DNA of 63,095 bases, the filler included, from Hausera hauseri (Eukaryota): the NCBI GenBank assembly GCA_046269625.1. It is 9 parts of 9 records of this genome, joined end to end, with 100 filler letters (N's around TTAATTAATTAA, not from the genome) between each part and the next. Parts side by side here need not be neighbours in the genome. Positions count along the whole stretch, not along the records: positions 35,596 to 40,411 come from JBJURY010425919.1; positions 40,512 to 47,233 come from JBJURY010071883.1; positions 47,334 to 63,095 come from JBJURY010388811.1; 6 more parts are not named here. The stretch is one strand, 5' to 3'. The position numbers were made by a program, and so were the translations under genes. The notes under the pieces were generated by a model. The model saw only the letters and a list, made by a program, of their open reading frames with translations, had not been told where the DNA came from and did no database searches. The stretch's first letter is position 1, and each line of letters begins with the position of its first letter. Shown here piece after piece: positions 39,471 through 51,877 of the stretch.

Positions 39471-40411
39471 TAATTTTATTATTTCTTTATTTTGAGCTAC
39501 AGGCTTGTCCAAGGACAACGTGGGTGTTTCCTTAAGCAATTGAATTAAATATAATGAACAGTTATCTAGTGGTTAGATTTGCTAATCTCTCTCGTAAGGG
39601 TAATTTGGATGTATCATAGTTCCTTTCGAAATGGTTACTGTCTTAAAGCCAAACCGTAATCTGGCTTCTTGGTTGGCAATTATGGCACATGCTGAGTCGT
39701 TCTTTTTAATCTGAATGTTAGCGTCCTTTATGCTTACTTTGTCGATACCTTCCATACAAATCAGACTTCGTTCGGCAGTGTTTGCACTCCACACGATTAG
39801 ATTTTTTACTGGTGAATACTTCATTTCAGTTTCGTATTGTATCTATGTCCAAATGTCGCAGTTTTACTTCTGAAATTAGAGTCGTTTATGTATCCCCATA
39901 TTGGGGATTTGACGCCGCTCCTTTCCTTGAATCATTTGAGCTTCAGGGTCAGGTAGCCTGCACTTCCTTTTAGTGGCAAAACTGCTGCTACTGTTTCTCA
40001 ACCATGTGAACTGATTATTTTTGCCATATTTTCTTTGAGAAAAATCGACGATGTGTCTCAGATATCTTTAGTCAACACCAAATCACTGTCAAATTTTCTA
40101 ATTGTGTCTTTCATTGTATCAAAATCATCGTCGCTGATCATTCTCACCAATAGACCATATTTCATCAATTTGATTTTGACCGTTTGCGTTAATGGCAATT
40201 GAATAGCGTTTTGCAGAAAATGCAAGTTGTACCCATTATACAACCGGGAATTTCTGAGCGAATATTCGCTTTACCGTGGCTTTTTTAAGAGACTGTCACC
40301 TGCTGAATTGTTTTCCAGATATTTTTAAAGAAGGCAAACGTGAAATGAAATTGCATCCATATTTATATCAAATTTGTTCATACCGGTTTGTTTTCATTGT
40401 AAACAATAGAC

Positions 40412-40511
40412 NNNNNNNNNNNNNNNNNNNNNNNNNNNNNNNNNNNNNNNNNNNNTTAATTAATTAANNNNNNNNNNNNNNNNNNNNNNNNNNNNNNNNN
40501 NNNNNNNNNNN
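40412..40511. other. Artificial contig spacer
   Basis: N44-TTAATTAATTAA-N44. Confidence 0.98.
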
Positions 40512-40569
40512 GAATGGCACCCTGAGGTGTGTTCTATTTATTTTAATTGCAAAACCTTTTACCATACTA

Positions 40570-41209
40570 ATGAGATTTGCTGTCAATCAGGAGAAACGCA
40601 ACAGTAGGCCCCGGTGGAAATGGTAAAACACACTGTAAACTATTACAAAACTACCGTGGCATATTCCATTCACCATTATTCAATCACATTTACTGGCATC
40701 AGGGTGCTGGTGGTGAGTCCGGTCTGACACCAGGAATTTTGTAAATTAAAATTGATAACATTAATAGATGGGTTTGATGAGAACTGGTTCGGGCGATTAC
40801 GCAACGAAGGCGTTATTGTCATTGATGATTTATTCCAGGAAGCCGCGAAACAAACTGACTTTAATAACCTGTTTATAAAGATTGCACGACACCGTGGTGT
40901 GACTGTTATTTTCATTACGCAAAACAGGTTCCATCAGGGAGGACAGCACTAAACACTAAATTTTACGTGCCCTATTTGGTACTGTTCAAAAATCCCCGTG
41001 GTCAGACTATCATAGATTATATTGCTCGACAAGCATTTCCTCACAACCGGACCTACTTAATCGAGGCCTATTATGATGCTACAATCACGTCACACGGATA
41101 TCTGTTCATTGACTTTACACCACAGTCTCCAGATGACATGCGTGTACAAACAGACATTTTCAATCCGAAAGGTGTGTATGTCTATAAACAAATTCGAAAA
41201 TCGACATGA
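40570..41209 (+). pseudogene. Polinton packaging ATPase (A32/FtsK-like)
   Basis: Walker A GPGGNGKT (40607), Walker B VIVIDD, ARHRGVTVIFITQN, YLVLFKNPR and HGYLFIDF. Confidence 0.9.
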
Positions 41210-41424
41210 CAGTACTGAAAAATGAAGAATTTCCCGAAAAACAATTGTTAAACGTGAACCTACGAAAAAGAAACGTGCATCAACAGCAGCATCAAAACGC
41301 AACGCTACAGTTAAGCAATTAATCAATTCAGTCCTTCGAACAACAGCAGTGAGACGCAAATTACCATCAAAGTGGCAACGATTATAAACAACTACGTCGA
41401 CGCATCAATATGCACTGATGAAAC

Positions 41425-41753
41425 ATGCGTATCGAATGTTGTCAACCGTACTTTATTGCTTTGCTTAAAGCCCTGTCGAGACATAAAGGAATCATGCTAC
41501 AATCATTACCGCAATTTCTAGTGGACGATTTAATGGAAATTTTGTACAATATTGTTGTTCGTCACGTTGACATTGGTAGTGGAAAGCGGAATTTACTAAA
41601 GTATCGAAAACGACTCATTACCTTGTCAACGCTCGTAGTAAATGACTGAAACGATAGGTCATGTACCAGCAAGACGGAGGATTCATTGGTGCAATTCTGC
41701 CTGTTGTCATGTCATTACTGGGTAGTATCATCGGTGGCAAAAGTTTAGTATAG
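41425..41753 (+). pseudogene. Small conserved Polinton protein with a C-terminal GGF-amphipathic tail (gasderminX-like in adintovirus nomenclature)
   Basis: LMEILYNIV..LLKYRKRL, then after a frameshift QQDGGFIGAILPVVMSLLGSII. Confidence 0.55.
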
Positions 41754-41899
41754 TATAAATAATGAATGTAAGTATATTATGTTTGGTAGTATTGGTGCAT
41801 AGTTTTCATCATTTTGTCCCATTTTACCGAATCTTACATTCACTTTGCGTTCAAATTGTTGCAATACAAACAAAAACCACACCGGCAACACCGACAACA

Positions 41900-42935
41900 A
41901 TGGACGTATGGTTCGGTCCACGTCATCCTGTTGGGTACACTGGAGTCACCAAAGTGGCAGAGATTATAGAAAAGAGTCGACGAAAAACCCGACAGTGCCT
42001 CGGGAAACAGTTAGCACACAGCCTGAAGAAAACAATAAAAAAACGGTTTCGAACTCGTGCATACTATGATCCACGCGTAAATAATCTACGGCAAATGGAT
42101 CTAATGGAAATGATTACATACGCTAACATTAACGATGGATATCTGTACGTGCTGACGTATATTAATGTGTTTAGTCGTTTTGCATGTGCAATTGCCGTCA
42201 AATCAAAACCCGGTAAAGAAATTGCCGACGCTGTTCATACATTAATAAAGCAACAACAACAACAACCACGAAAGCATGCAAAAACGGATTTAGGTAAAGA
42301 ATTCTACAACTCCAATGTTGCATCGGTCTTGAACCGGTTCGGTGTAAACCACTACTTTGTGTTTTCTCAATACAAGGCTGCACTCGTTGAACGATTTAAT
42401 CGACCCTGCGCAGTCGCCTAAACAAATTCTTTACTAAGCAAGACAATAAATGCTGAGTAGATATACTGCCGGATACTATCCATGCATACAATCATTTGAC
42501 ACATCATGGAATCAACAGATTACGGCCGGTTTGTGTAACCGGTGATTTGGACATGTGACTATATCCAAACCAAACACGACAAGCAACACTTAAACGTCCA
42601 AAATATAAAATTTGTGATTATGTACGTGTTTCAAACCTAAGTACAACGTCATTCATCAAAAATTTCAGAACTGGAGCGATAAAATTTTTCAAATTTTTGC
42701 AATCAACAGTATAAAATACCTGCCATGTATGTTTTGGATGATGAAACTGGTGAAAAAATACGTGGTAAATTTTACGAAAAGGAATTTGCTGATGCAGGTG
42801 CTGCCTGAGAAACCCGATGTGTATCCTATTCAGGAAATTCTGCGTTCACGCGGCAAAGGTTTGAATAAACAATATCTCGTCAAGTGGCATAGGTACACCA
42901 TACCGAATTGGATATTTACATCACAGATTGAATGA
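41900..42935 (+). pseudogene. Polinton retroviral-like (RVE) integrase with a C-terminal chromodomain
   Basis: QMDLMEM..NDGYLYVLTYINVFSRF, TDLGKEFYN, KAALVERFNR; chromodomain YPIQEILRSR..QYLVKWHRY..NWI. Confidence 0.92.
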
Positions 42936-43997
42936 GCGTTTACTTAGTACTTGACAGTAATAGAACATCACACCATGACAACAACAACAATAGCAATACG
43001 GCTGAACGGTTTATCATGTACTTGGACCAGGCATTAGATTTACGCTAGGGCGCGTGGGAAGCGGCTCTATCAGAATTTACATTTCAATTTTCACCGATAT
43101 CAATACGTGAGAACAGTGGTGTTTACTTTACTCTATTGGAGAAATCGCCTGCTTCAAGTCGTTTGCAGTTAATCCACGACTCTAAGCGAACATTTCATGT
43201 TCGCAATTATAAGCGGCAAAATTTCCCGATTTTTATTTTTTTATTTAAACAATCGTTTGTTTCTAAAACACAGATATCCGATTGAATTGCAATTTAAATC
43301 AATAGCCGATGCTCAGGCATTGGGTTTTCAATCCGCCAATGTGCGCTTGAAAGGTCCGAATCTAGGTGGACATGTCATAGCTAGTGAAAGAAAATTGAAC
43401 TTTTCCAAAAGCATGAAAACCGACATTATGGTAAACTCGCAAATGACAAAATGAACATTTTACTCGTATACTACGGCATACGGTTTACTGTTGGAATCGG
43501 AAACAGAATTGTGTGTATCCATCAGAGAAGTGGCTAAATTGACTCTGAAAACATTTAGATTAAACGCCGATGATCGTATTTCGTTTACATTACATGAAAA
43601 TATTATATATTTTGCCTTCGATGAACTAATGACACGGAATGTGAGCTTTACGAAACCTGAATCCGGTCAAACCGGCGGTGGTCGAGTTATTGTCGCTAAA
43701 TACAAGCCACGACTATATGGAGCATGTCAGCAAATCAACATTTTAACGGATCTGACCGAACTCATATTTGTTGGCGGAAAACGTAAACAACTATTGGTTT
43801 TTATTACACTGGATTCTGACACGTGCAAAACACCCGTCGAAACAGGTCATGTTAATATCATCCGGTTCATGTATTTATTGTTATCTCACAATGTTGTGCA
43901 CAGTATTTCGATGTATATACTAGATGAATTTTGGAAACCCATTAAATTTCTGTTCGGATCTACGACGCATTTGACGCTGCATTTTCGGCGTCAATAA
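42932..43997 (+). pseudogene. Polinton minor capsid (penton)-like protein, copy 1
   Basis: MSVYLVLDSN..NTAERF..LDL.*GAWEAALSEF; C-terminus ILTDLTELIFVGGKRKQLL..ILDEFWKPIKFLFGSTTHLTLHFRRQ. Confidence 0.8.
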
Positions 43998-44051
43998 TAA
44001 ACTGCGTTATCATCATCATCATTACAATCATCAGTGTGAATAAGTCTTTAC

Positions 44052-45060
44052 ATGGTGTTACCGAGTATTAGTTGCCTGACGACTCGACCGAACAATTCAG
44101 CCATTGTAGATTGGGAGAATCCGATAGATTTATCCGGACAGTGGGAGGTTGCACTGACGGAACTTAACTTTCCTTACGCACCTGTGACATTGAAAGGCAA
44201 TATGAAAATACATTACAGCACATCTCATCGGATCACGGCAAATGAACCATGTCAACTACTATTTGAAAATAATAAACTGTGGGCCAGAACCTCTTATATT
44301 GTTACGAGCGACTTTAATAAGAGCATAAAAGAAGACAAAATCCGTGTTATGCTAAAAGATGGAAAAGCACAGTTTTATTACAAAAGTAAAATTTACTGTC
44401 CACGTCAATTCCATTGAAGTGGCGAGAAATTCGGATTCAAAACTACAGAAATCCAAGCTAAAGCATCGTTGCTGATGATGCCATTGCACAAAATGCGTAC
44501 CTAGGAACATATGTGGACATTATTTCTAGTCGACAAAATATATCAACGGTGCATGATACATTGTGAATCTATTGTGAATCTGTAGCTGATCTCGTTCGGC
44601 ATTTTTAGCTAAAAAGTACCAATACATATTTAGAGCTTTAACGTCAGATACAAATGGCTACATCAAGGATGTGGTCAAAATTTCGTTGGGTAAATCTTTG
44701 ACCATGGTATTGGGTTTCGATAAACGGCAGTTTCAACCGAATAAGACACATGTTGCGACACTTAAACCAAAACTGGAAAATGGACTACATCAAATGTACA
44801 TTTACACGAACGTCACCGAACCGATTTTGGTCGGTGGAGTACGTGTACCGCTACTCCGTGCAATCTGTACGGAAAGGAACAGGTACACTGCTGGTGACAA
44901 TGTCATTGTCAAGCTCGATAATCCAATGTTCATATCCCTGGCATCTATATATATAAACAATATTGAAGTTAAGATCAAATGTGATGCAGGCTACTTTATT
45001 GAATTTCAGTACGGTACTACAACAACTCTAACGCTTCATTTATGTCGAAAATATGATTGA
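44052..45060 (+). pseudogene. Polinton minor capsid (penton)-like protein, copy 2
   Basis: MVLPS..PNN..PIDLSGQWEVALTELNFP; C-terminus MYIYTNVTEPILVGGVRVPLLR..IEFQYGTTTTLTLHLCRK. Confidence 0.85.
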
Positions 45061-45352
45061 TTCTCAAATCGTTTCCATTTCCAGTAAACCTCAGCATGGC
45101 GGTAAACTGCCGTATTTTGTCGGCAAAACTATGGTTCTGGGTGGTTGCGTGTTGAAAAGTATTGGAGCCATGGAAGCAAAAACAGCACAGGCTGTGCTAC
45201 AAGAAAACAAATCGATTTTACCATTGTTAAAGGAACACGCCTTGACCGAAATAAAGAGTGCTGCACCGGGAGTTGTTGAAACAGTCAAAAAACAATTCAA
45301 TGGCAATGGCTTGAAAAACAACGTAGAGCATCATAGAGCTTTTCAACTATAA
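45053..45352 (+). CDS. Small Polinton core-like protein between the minor and major capsid genes
   Basis: QHGGKLPYFVG motif, in the position typical of the conserved Polinton QxGG-LP-F protein. Confidence 0.5.
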   Translation: MIDSQIVSISSKPQHGGKLPYFVGKTMVLGGCVLKSIGAMEAKTAQAVLQENKSILPLLKEHALTEIKSAAPGVVETVKKQFNGNGLKNNVEHHRAFQL

Positions 45353-45380
45353 AGAAACGTCGTCGTATGATTTTATTGGA

Positions 45381-46540
45381 ATGGCATCTGCAAAATCTGA
45401 ATTAAGTAAATTTGACAAGGCCGCGCCACTAGTCGTTATTGGCAGTGCAGCATTTGAAAAAATCTATCCCGTTGATTCTGTTTCAATGGACGACAATATT
45501 GACATTCAATTACTCTACGGTTTGCGCTGCAACAGACACTGTAACACCGGCCAATTACCTTTTTCTCACTTTGTTCCAGCAGGCTTCACTGACTCTAAAC
45601 AATGTTAAAATTGAAGGCAACACCAGTCTATATAGTATCAAAGCTCTCGCTGAAACGGTGTCGAATTACATTACAGTGACGAAAACGTCTCATTTGACGA
45701 AAACCATCGGAAACAATGCTACAGCAGCAAATCGTCAGGCATGGATGGCAGAATCAAAAGCATTTACCATATGTGGACCGCTGTACTTTGACTTTTTCGA
45801 TCAGACAAAATACCTACTGCCTGGTGTTAAAGCCATGATTCAACTCAAACGCTGCGACAAGGTTTTCTGCTTGAAAGCTACAGTTGAAAATCTTAAGCCC
45901 ATAATGAAAATTACCGAGGCACGATTATACGTTCGTCGTTTAAAAGTAAAACCATCTGTGCTCATGTGACGTCGATTGGGTTTGGAAACGCAAAATGCCT
46001 GTTTTCCATTACAACAGACCGAACTCGTGTTTTACACCATACCCAAAGGTTCGACATCGTTCTATAAGGACGCGCTGTTTGGCGACATGCGATTGCCGAA
46101 ATTTGTGCATGTTACATTTCAAATGACTACTCAACAAACAGGCAGTTATACCACTGAGTCAGAAACGTTTACCCATAGCAATGTGAATGACATCAGTTTG
46201 GGCAAGAATGCAGATTTCATTGAGTCATCTGAGCAAAATTTCGAGACTGATAATAATGTTTGCACATATATGCAATCTATCGTGATAAAAATGGGTTTGC
46301 TGAACAAAAATATCAACAATGGAATATCTATGGATTTGTTCAAATCCGCCTATCCGTTCTTTACATTTGTCCTGGCTCCAGATTATGACGTTAAGCAGTC
46401 ACAACTACCTCAACAAGGAAATCTGAGGTTAGAGGTTCACATTTCGAAAGCGGTAGAAGAGTCTACCGTAATGTATATTACGGCGTATCTGATGCCGAGG
46501 TGAAAATAACGAAAAATAGAACCGTCATTGTACGAATAAA
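45381..46540 (+). pseudogene. Polinton major capsid protein (double jelly roll, PY)
   Basis: KSELSKF..EKIYP, PANYLFLTLFQQASLTLN, GPLYFDFFDQTKYLLPGV..LKR, EARLYVRR, RLPKFV and QQGNLRLEV; frameshifted, with a stop. Confidence 0.88.
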
Positions 46541-46595
46541 ATCGTATATCTCTCTTTTTCTTAGTACAACGAAGTAATTTATAATTATTGTTGTT

Positions 46596-46969
46596 ATGCT
46601 TCAATCATATTTTACGTTTAGCTCCACTGAGCTGCCTCACTATGGAAAACTGCTCTTGGGTGCAAAATTTCGCGTTGTGTTTTCACCGAACTGTGTGCCG
46701 CGTGACTTACGACAAACTGATGGTGGTGGTTTCATTGTCAATACACAAACGTCGTCATTACTTGGAGAATATTGGATTGCGTGCATCCGACCGCCGTCAG
46801 AGTATTTGACTCGCTCGGATTTTATTATCCCTCATCGTTAGTTTCTCACATTGAAAGACAATCATGTCATCATCGTGTTGAATATAATCGACTTCATTAT
46901 CAATATCCATTGACTGTATTATGTGGACATTACTATTTACTGTGGCTTATGTTACAAAAACTTACATAA
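46596..46969 (+). pseudogene. Polinton adenain-like cysteine protease
   Basis: FIVNT..GEYWIA (the catalytic His of GxHW is now Tyr), FDSLG and YQ..LCGHY. Confidence 0.8.
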
Positions 46970-47233
46970 ATTTGAAATATATTATTTCGTTATTTCACTT
47001 CGGAGTTTTTGTTAAATTTTTTTACAAATATTAGATTCTATTATTGTACTATTTACAACATTTCTCGCGACTCATTAGATTGTATCACTTATTTGATGAT
47101 GGTAGACCTTTACCACTGTAATGTGAAGCATTCTTGTGATGAGACTTATCGGATTTAATTGTTGTTGTTGTTGCTGCTGTTGTTATACAATAGAATAAAA
47201 TTTGATTTCTACACGTTTCGTTCGGATTTAAAA

Positions 47234-47333
47234 NNNNNNNNNNNNNNNNNNNNNNNNNNNNNNNNNNNNNNNNNNNNTTAATTAATTAANNNNNNNNNNN
47301 NNNNNNNNNNNNNNNNNNNNNNNNNNNNNNNNN
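47234..47333. other. Artificial contig spacer
   Basis: N44-TTAATTAATTAA-N44. Confidence 0.98.
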
Positions 47334-47598
47334 TCATATTTTCTGATAATTTCGCATAATCTCGAAATATGGTGTGTGGTCTTTGTTGATTAGAAATAGT
47401 TAAGATTAGATTTAACTTCAAATGAGGTGTTGGGGTTATTTGTGCCAATAAACATAGTTTATACATTGGTAATATACATCGGAATTTATTCTTAAATAAT
47501 GTAGTGCCCATTATGATTGTAAAAATATTGATAATTATAAGTAGAGCCTTCTCATGGCTCGTTGGAGTATACTTATTATTTTTTATTAATAAGGCATT

Positions 47599-50500
47599 TC
47601 ATGACCATATTGGATCCATTTGATTCTTTGGGTAATTCATTTGTGGAAGTGGCTGTCTAATATGATCGGTTGCTAATTTTCTTCCGGTCTCTGGGAATTT
47701 CACTGTCGATTGTACCAATACATTCGTCATACATAGCGCTAATATACGTGAAAATAATACCGCTTTACTGAGTTTTGGTTTCATGCCCTAATAGTTTATC
47801 GAAACAACTTTGATACTGCGTTGGTTATCCGGTTTGGTAGAATTTTCATTTGTAATGGGCTCTTGTTTTGGTGTGGGATTTGAAATATTTGGTTCAGTAG
47901 AGTTTTTATCTGTAGCAGATTCGTCTTTTGAGATGGACTTTGAAATGAGTTGACTTAGTTTACTAATATTTTTATCTATTTTTTATCAAGATTCCTTGTC
48001 TCTGACGGGACCTATAAATTTATTTTTCTCTTTCTTTAAATGTTGACTTATATCGGTAATTTGTTTATGTATTTTTGTTAGATATTTTAAACAAGGCATT
48101 GTAGTTACTGGAATTTCTTCCTCTGGCAGATCTATTAAATAATCTGTTAAATAACCTCCTTCGTTCTGTAACAGAACAACGTGGGTCAATCTTAAATAAG
48201 CGGTGATTCTGCTGGTCCATGTGATGTAAATTACTCCATTAGGGTTGGCTCAATATTTTTGAGCAAGTACATCTAATCTTGCATCATGTAACTGTACTGA
48301 TCGGTGGTAGATTTCTATGGTATTTAATTGTGTTATTCTAATTATTTTTTTGTCAGTTACTTTTATTCCTTTAGGTTGGTCTAGTTTCCTATTGAAACTA
48401 TGAAGGAGAATTTGGATCATATATTGTCTGATCTCTTCCGTATTGAAATCAGGTGCTAAGACAATGTTATTAATATGGAAATGATCTACCATTTGTCGTA
48501 ATAGATTTTGTTGTTCATATTCTTTAAGGTAATAAAAGTGATCCAATTAATCGTCCTTTCTGGTATATTATTATGGTTCAAACCTAGTTCCAATACAACT
48601 TAGTATATCCATCTGTTGATCTCTGGGGTTGGTTCTGATATCGTGTCTAGGCATTTACGCAGAAGTTTTGTCATAGAAACTTTTCTATCGGTAATTTTTG
48701 TTGACGGTAGTTGCATATTTTGTGATTTGTTTGTACAAAATTTTTAATTGGGATCTTCTTCTGTGATCATTCCTCTTTAGATTAAAATATCTGAATAATT
48801 ATCCGCACATCTTCTCATCATCTCATAGTAATGAAAATCATAATGTGACATGGGATTATAGCATCGGTATTTTTCCATGTCAAATAAATAATTTAGTGTA
48901 ACCTGTTTTTCTTTTGAGATTTCGAGGTTTTCTTCTTCTATACAATGGATAAACTTCCTTTGCCATTCTCTTTTTATAGTTTGTTCTCTTTCTAATTCAC
49001 TAAAATAATGTAGTACGTAAGGATCGTGTTTCGATGATTTATGAATTCGAGTTGGAGTTCTATTAAAGGTTAATGGAAAATCTTTGTTGACTTTATCCGA
49101 AGGTCGATTGAAACCTTTATTGTAGTCGCTATTTATCGTTTGTATCAACGTATTATAACGAGCACATCTCGAATAACCTTGAAATTCTAATTTATTGAAG
49201 TTTTGTTGAAGGCTATTAAACATGAATGCATTCGTACATATTGTTGAATGGTTGGTTTATATATTTTTACATGACGTAATAACCGGATAGTCCAAATTTT
49301 ATCTTTATATTCTTCTTTATTATAACCACGTCTCATGGCCCATCTAGTAATTTTCGTATCATAATACTTGCATATTCGTATTCTATAAATTGTCTCGAAG
49401 GATTGTCCTTTTTCGTAAATTTCTTTTCCCATTGGTAAATATGGGGTGACAATTTGGGTTGGTTCGGGCATTATGCACATACCTACTCTTTGCTCTCATC
49501 CATTCTCTGTCAAGGTGTATGATTCCTGATGCTATCTTATCTTCTAAGTATTAATCGTATAGCATTTCGACTTCATCTCGTAATTCTTCTAGCACTTTAA
49601 GCTTTAATTTTACCAACGTTTTGTAATATTCGGTTTTCTCGATTACATCTCTAAAGGGTTTTAACTAGTTCCTTTGTGAGGGATTCGTCTTCAATCCGGC
49701 TTCCCATAGTAACAGGTCTATCCATATGTGTTTTTTATACTCTTTTGGGTCATTTTTTACATTTTGCATTTTTCGCGTCCAAAGTCCGTTAATTACGTGG
49801 TCAGTGCCACAATCCTATACTAAGTCGTTGAGTATTTCCATGTCCTGTGTTGAAATTTCCGATTGTTTGGGTTTATGCAAAGCTATATTAAGCAGTTGGT
49901 AAACAAATGTATTCCACGTGGTAAATGATGTAAAAACGCCTGCATGTAAATTGAGAGGATTGGTTTTCATATACTGCTGAGCCTCTAAGGCGTAGGCATC
50001 GCCTTGTGCGAAGTATTGCCTATCAACGTTAAAAACGTTTGTTTTTAAATAGTGATAATCTGGAGATTGTCGTTTATCTGGGAATCTAGTAATTTCCCAT
50101 AAGAATAAACGCATTCAGGTCTGCCTATAACTCATTTCTATGTCTGGTACTATTGATATTTCTCTAGCTGGTTTTATTTTAGTGCTGTCGGTTTTCTGAT
50201 CTTGTATGTACTGTTGGCGAAGGGTGTGTATGATTTCATTTAGGTTTTGATGTGGATATTGTTCCTTTAGCGTAGTAATTTCTCGTTCAATGTTCAAATT
50301 TTGGTTTAATGGTTTGTTTAACCTTCGTAGAAAATACGTTATTTCATGTACTTCTATTGATCGGTCAACATCATTCTTCTTGTAGTGTTTAAATCTTTTT
50401 ATTATCGATGATATATTTCTGTATGATGAGTTATCCCAAGTGTTTCCTTTTGCTATTTCATTATTTCTTATTGCAGCGCATGATTTTAACAGTAATAATT

Positions 50501-50890
50501 TATCTTCTGCTGGCATTTCCTCCTAGGTTTTACCAAATTCCATTAGTATGGTGTCTATGACTGGTTTAAATGTATTGTTTCCCGAAATAATATATCGATC
50601 TATTGCTATTCGATTGAGTTCCATTTGAACTTCTTTGTTATCTATCCAAGGTAAGTAGTCGAATTCAATTCTTGGCCATGTACGAGTTTTAGCAGTTTCC
50701 TTTATTGGAACAGTCGATGGTTCCTTTAATGATTGTTGTGTACAAGAATTTTTTGACTATAGGTTCTAGGTTATTTCTACTTTGGGTATATTGTAGTTTT
50801 GAATGACCCTTGGGGCTAATATTGTAGGAATGGCGCCTAAAAACGCTTCTCTATTTGCTCGTTTTTTCTTTTCCCATGCTGTCTTTTGAA
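47599..50890 (-). pseudogene. Distal part of the 3' extension, unknown helical protein(s)
   Basis: ORF fragments 50115-50516, 49815-50114, 49187-49480, 48777-49223, 48250-48546, 47986-48189 and 47599-47784; no recognisable motif. Confidence 0.55.
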
Positions 50891-51868
50891 TCAAATTAAT
50901 TCTTTTAATTGCTCGACGACATATATTGCTAATACATGTGATATGAATTTCACATATTTTAAATAATCTTGTTTACTTGAACTGACTGGTTGTGCAGCAC
51001 AGTTTCCGATTAAACAGCATATTACCCGGGTAGATAGAAGTAATGGATTTAGTATACCGTAGTTTCCTTGGTCTTCTTCGTAATTAGGAGGAGGTAATTG
51101 TTTGGTTGTCCTTTGATAGTATCTTACTACTTTGCAACATATATAAAATGCTACTACTATTAATGCTACTACAGTGCTACTGGCTAAACCAATTATAAAC
51201 ATTAGCAATAAAAATGATTTGTAATCAACAACTGGTAAGGTAAGGATGACTGTATATTCATAATGGATTGCTTCAGTTGAAGTTACATTAAGTGCTGACA
51301 AGGCAATACGTATTGCTCTTCGTTTGTAAATGCATGGTGACTTGCCTGAAACATCTTCATACTTTGAAGGTGGTTTTTCATTTGCTGTTTCTACGTCCAG
51401 CATTAATTGCTCTCTTCTTACTTCTCTCCGTATTTTATAAGACCTTTTGATTAATATGGCGATATAACTAATTAATGCAAGGACGAATGATATTGGTAGC
51501 ATTAGTGATATTATGTCCATCGTTTGATTGTGTGCATATGCTTCTTTGTTGCATGTCCTGGCTTTAACTATGGGTATTAAGCTGCTTCCTTTCATAAATC
51601 CATTGATTGTTGGTAATATGTCTCGTCTAGTGAAATTGAATCGCTTATATCGCTTGACTTTCTTGTTGAAGAATATTATCCCTCCTATTATGAGACTAAC
51701 TAAGAGTGTCAATATTACTGCAGAAATAATGTATTCTAGTATGGATATTGAAGGGAATATTGGTTTGTTTGCTGGTACTGTTATGTTGGTAGTCGTTTTT
51801 GCGTTAGCTTTCTTAATTAGTAATGATGGTATAAGTATTGGTGCTGTTAGAGTAAAAGGTTTAGTCAT
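50891..51868 (-). CDS. Multi-pass segment with repeated signal-peptide/AxA/TM units and a PPxY motif
   Basis: ..LLIKKANA-KTT..TM-KK; ..IPIVKA-RT..TM-KR..PPSKYE; ..VTSTEA-IH..TM..PPPNYEE; ..LIGNCAA-QP.. Confidence 0.65.
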   Translation of the reverse strand: MTKPFTLTAPILIPSLLIKKANAKTTTNITVPANKPIFPSISILEYIISAVILTLLVSLIIGGIIFFNKKVKRYKRFNFTRRDILPTINGFMKGSSLIPIVKARTCNKEAYAHNQTMDIISLMLPISFVLALISYIAILIKRSYKIRREVRREQLMLDVETANEKPPSKYEDVSGKSPCIYKRRAIRIALSALNVTSTEAIHYEYTVILTLPVVDYKSFLLLMFIIGLASSTVVALIVVAFYICCKVVRYYQRTTKQLPPPNYEEDQGNYGILNPLLLSTRVICCLIGNCAAQPVSSSKQDYLKYVKFISHVLAIYVVEQLKELI

Positions 51869-51877
51869 AAATTTTAT

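Larger units (their letters stand above)
40570..46969 (+). mobile_element. Decayed Polinton/Maverick (adintovirus-like) endogenous element, morphogenesis and integrase block
   Basis: Co-oriented ATPase, small conserved ORFs, RVE integrase, two minor capsid genes, major capsid and cysteine protease. No pPolB is present on this contig. Confidence 0.93.

Noticed and set aside
4434-47333. Recurrent palindrome TTAATTAATTAA, and ORFs running into N tracts
   Set aside because: It is the same artificial 100-bp spacer each time. ORFs containing X runs are artefacts beyond the contig edge.
50891-51868. Classical retroviral or errantiviral env
   Set aside because: There is no large Cys-rich ectodomain, furin site plus fusion peptide, or single C-terminal anchor. 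The predicted ectodomains are very short.
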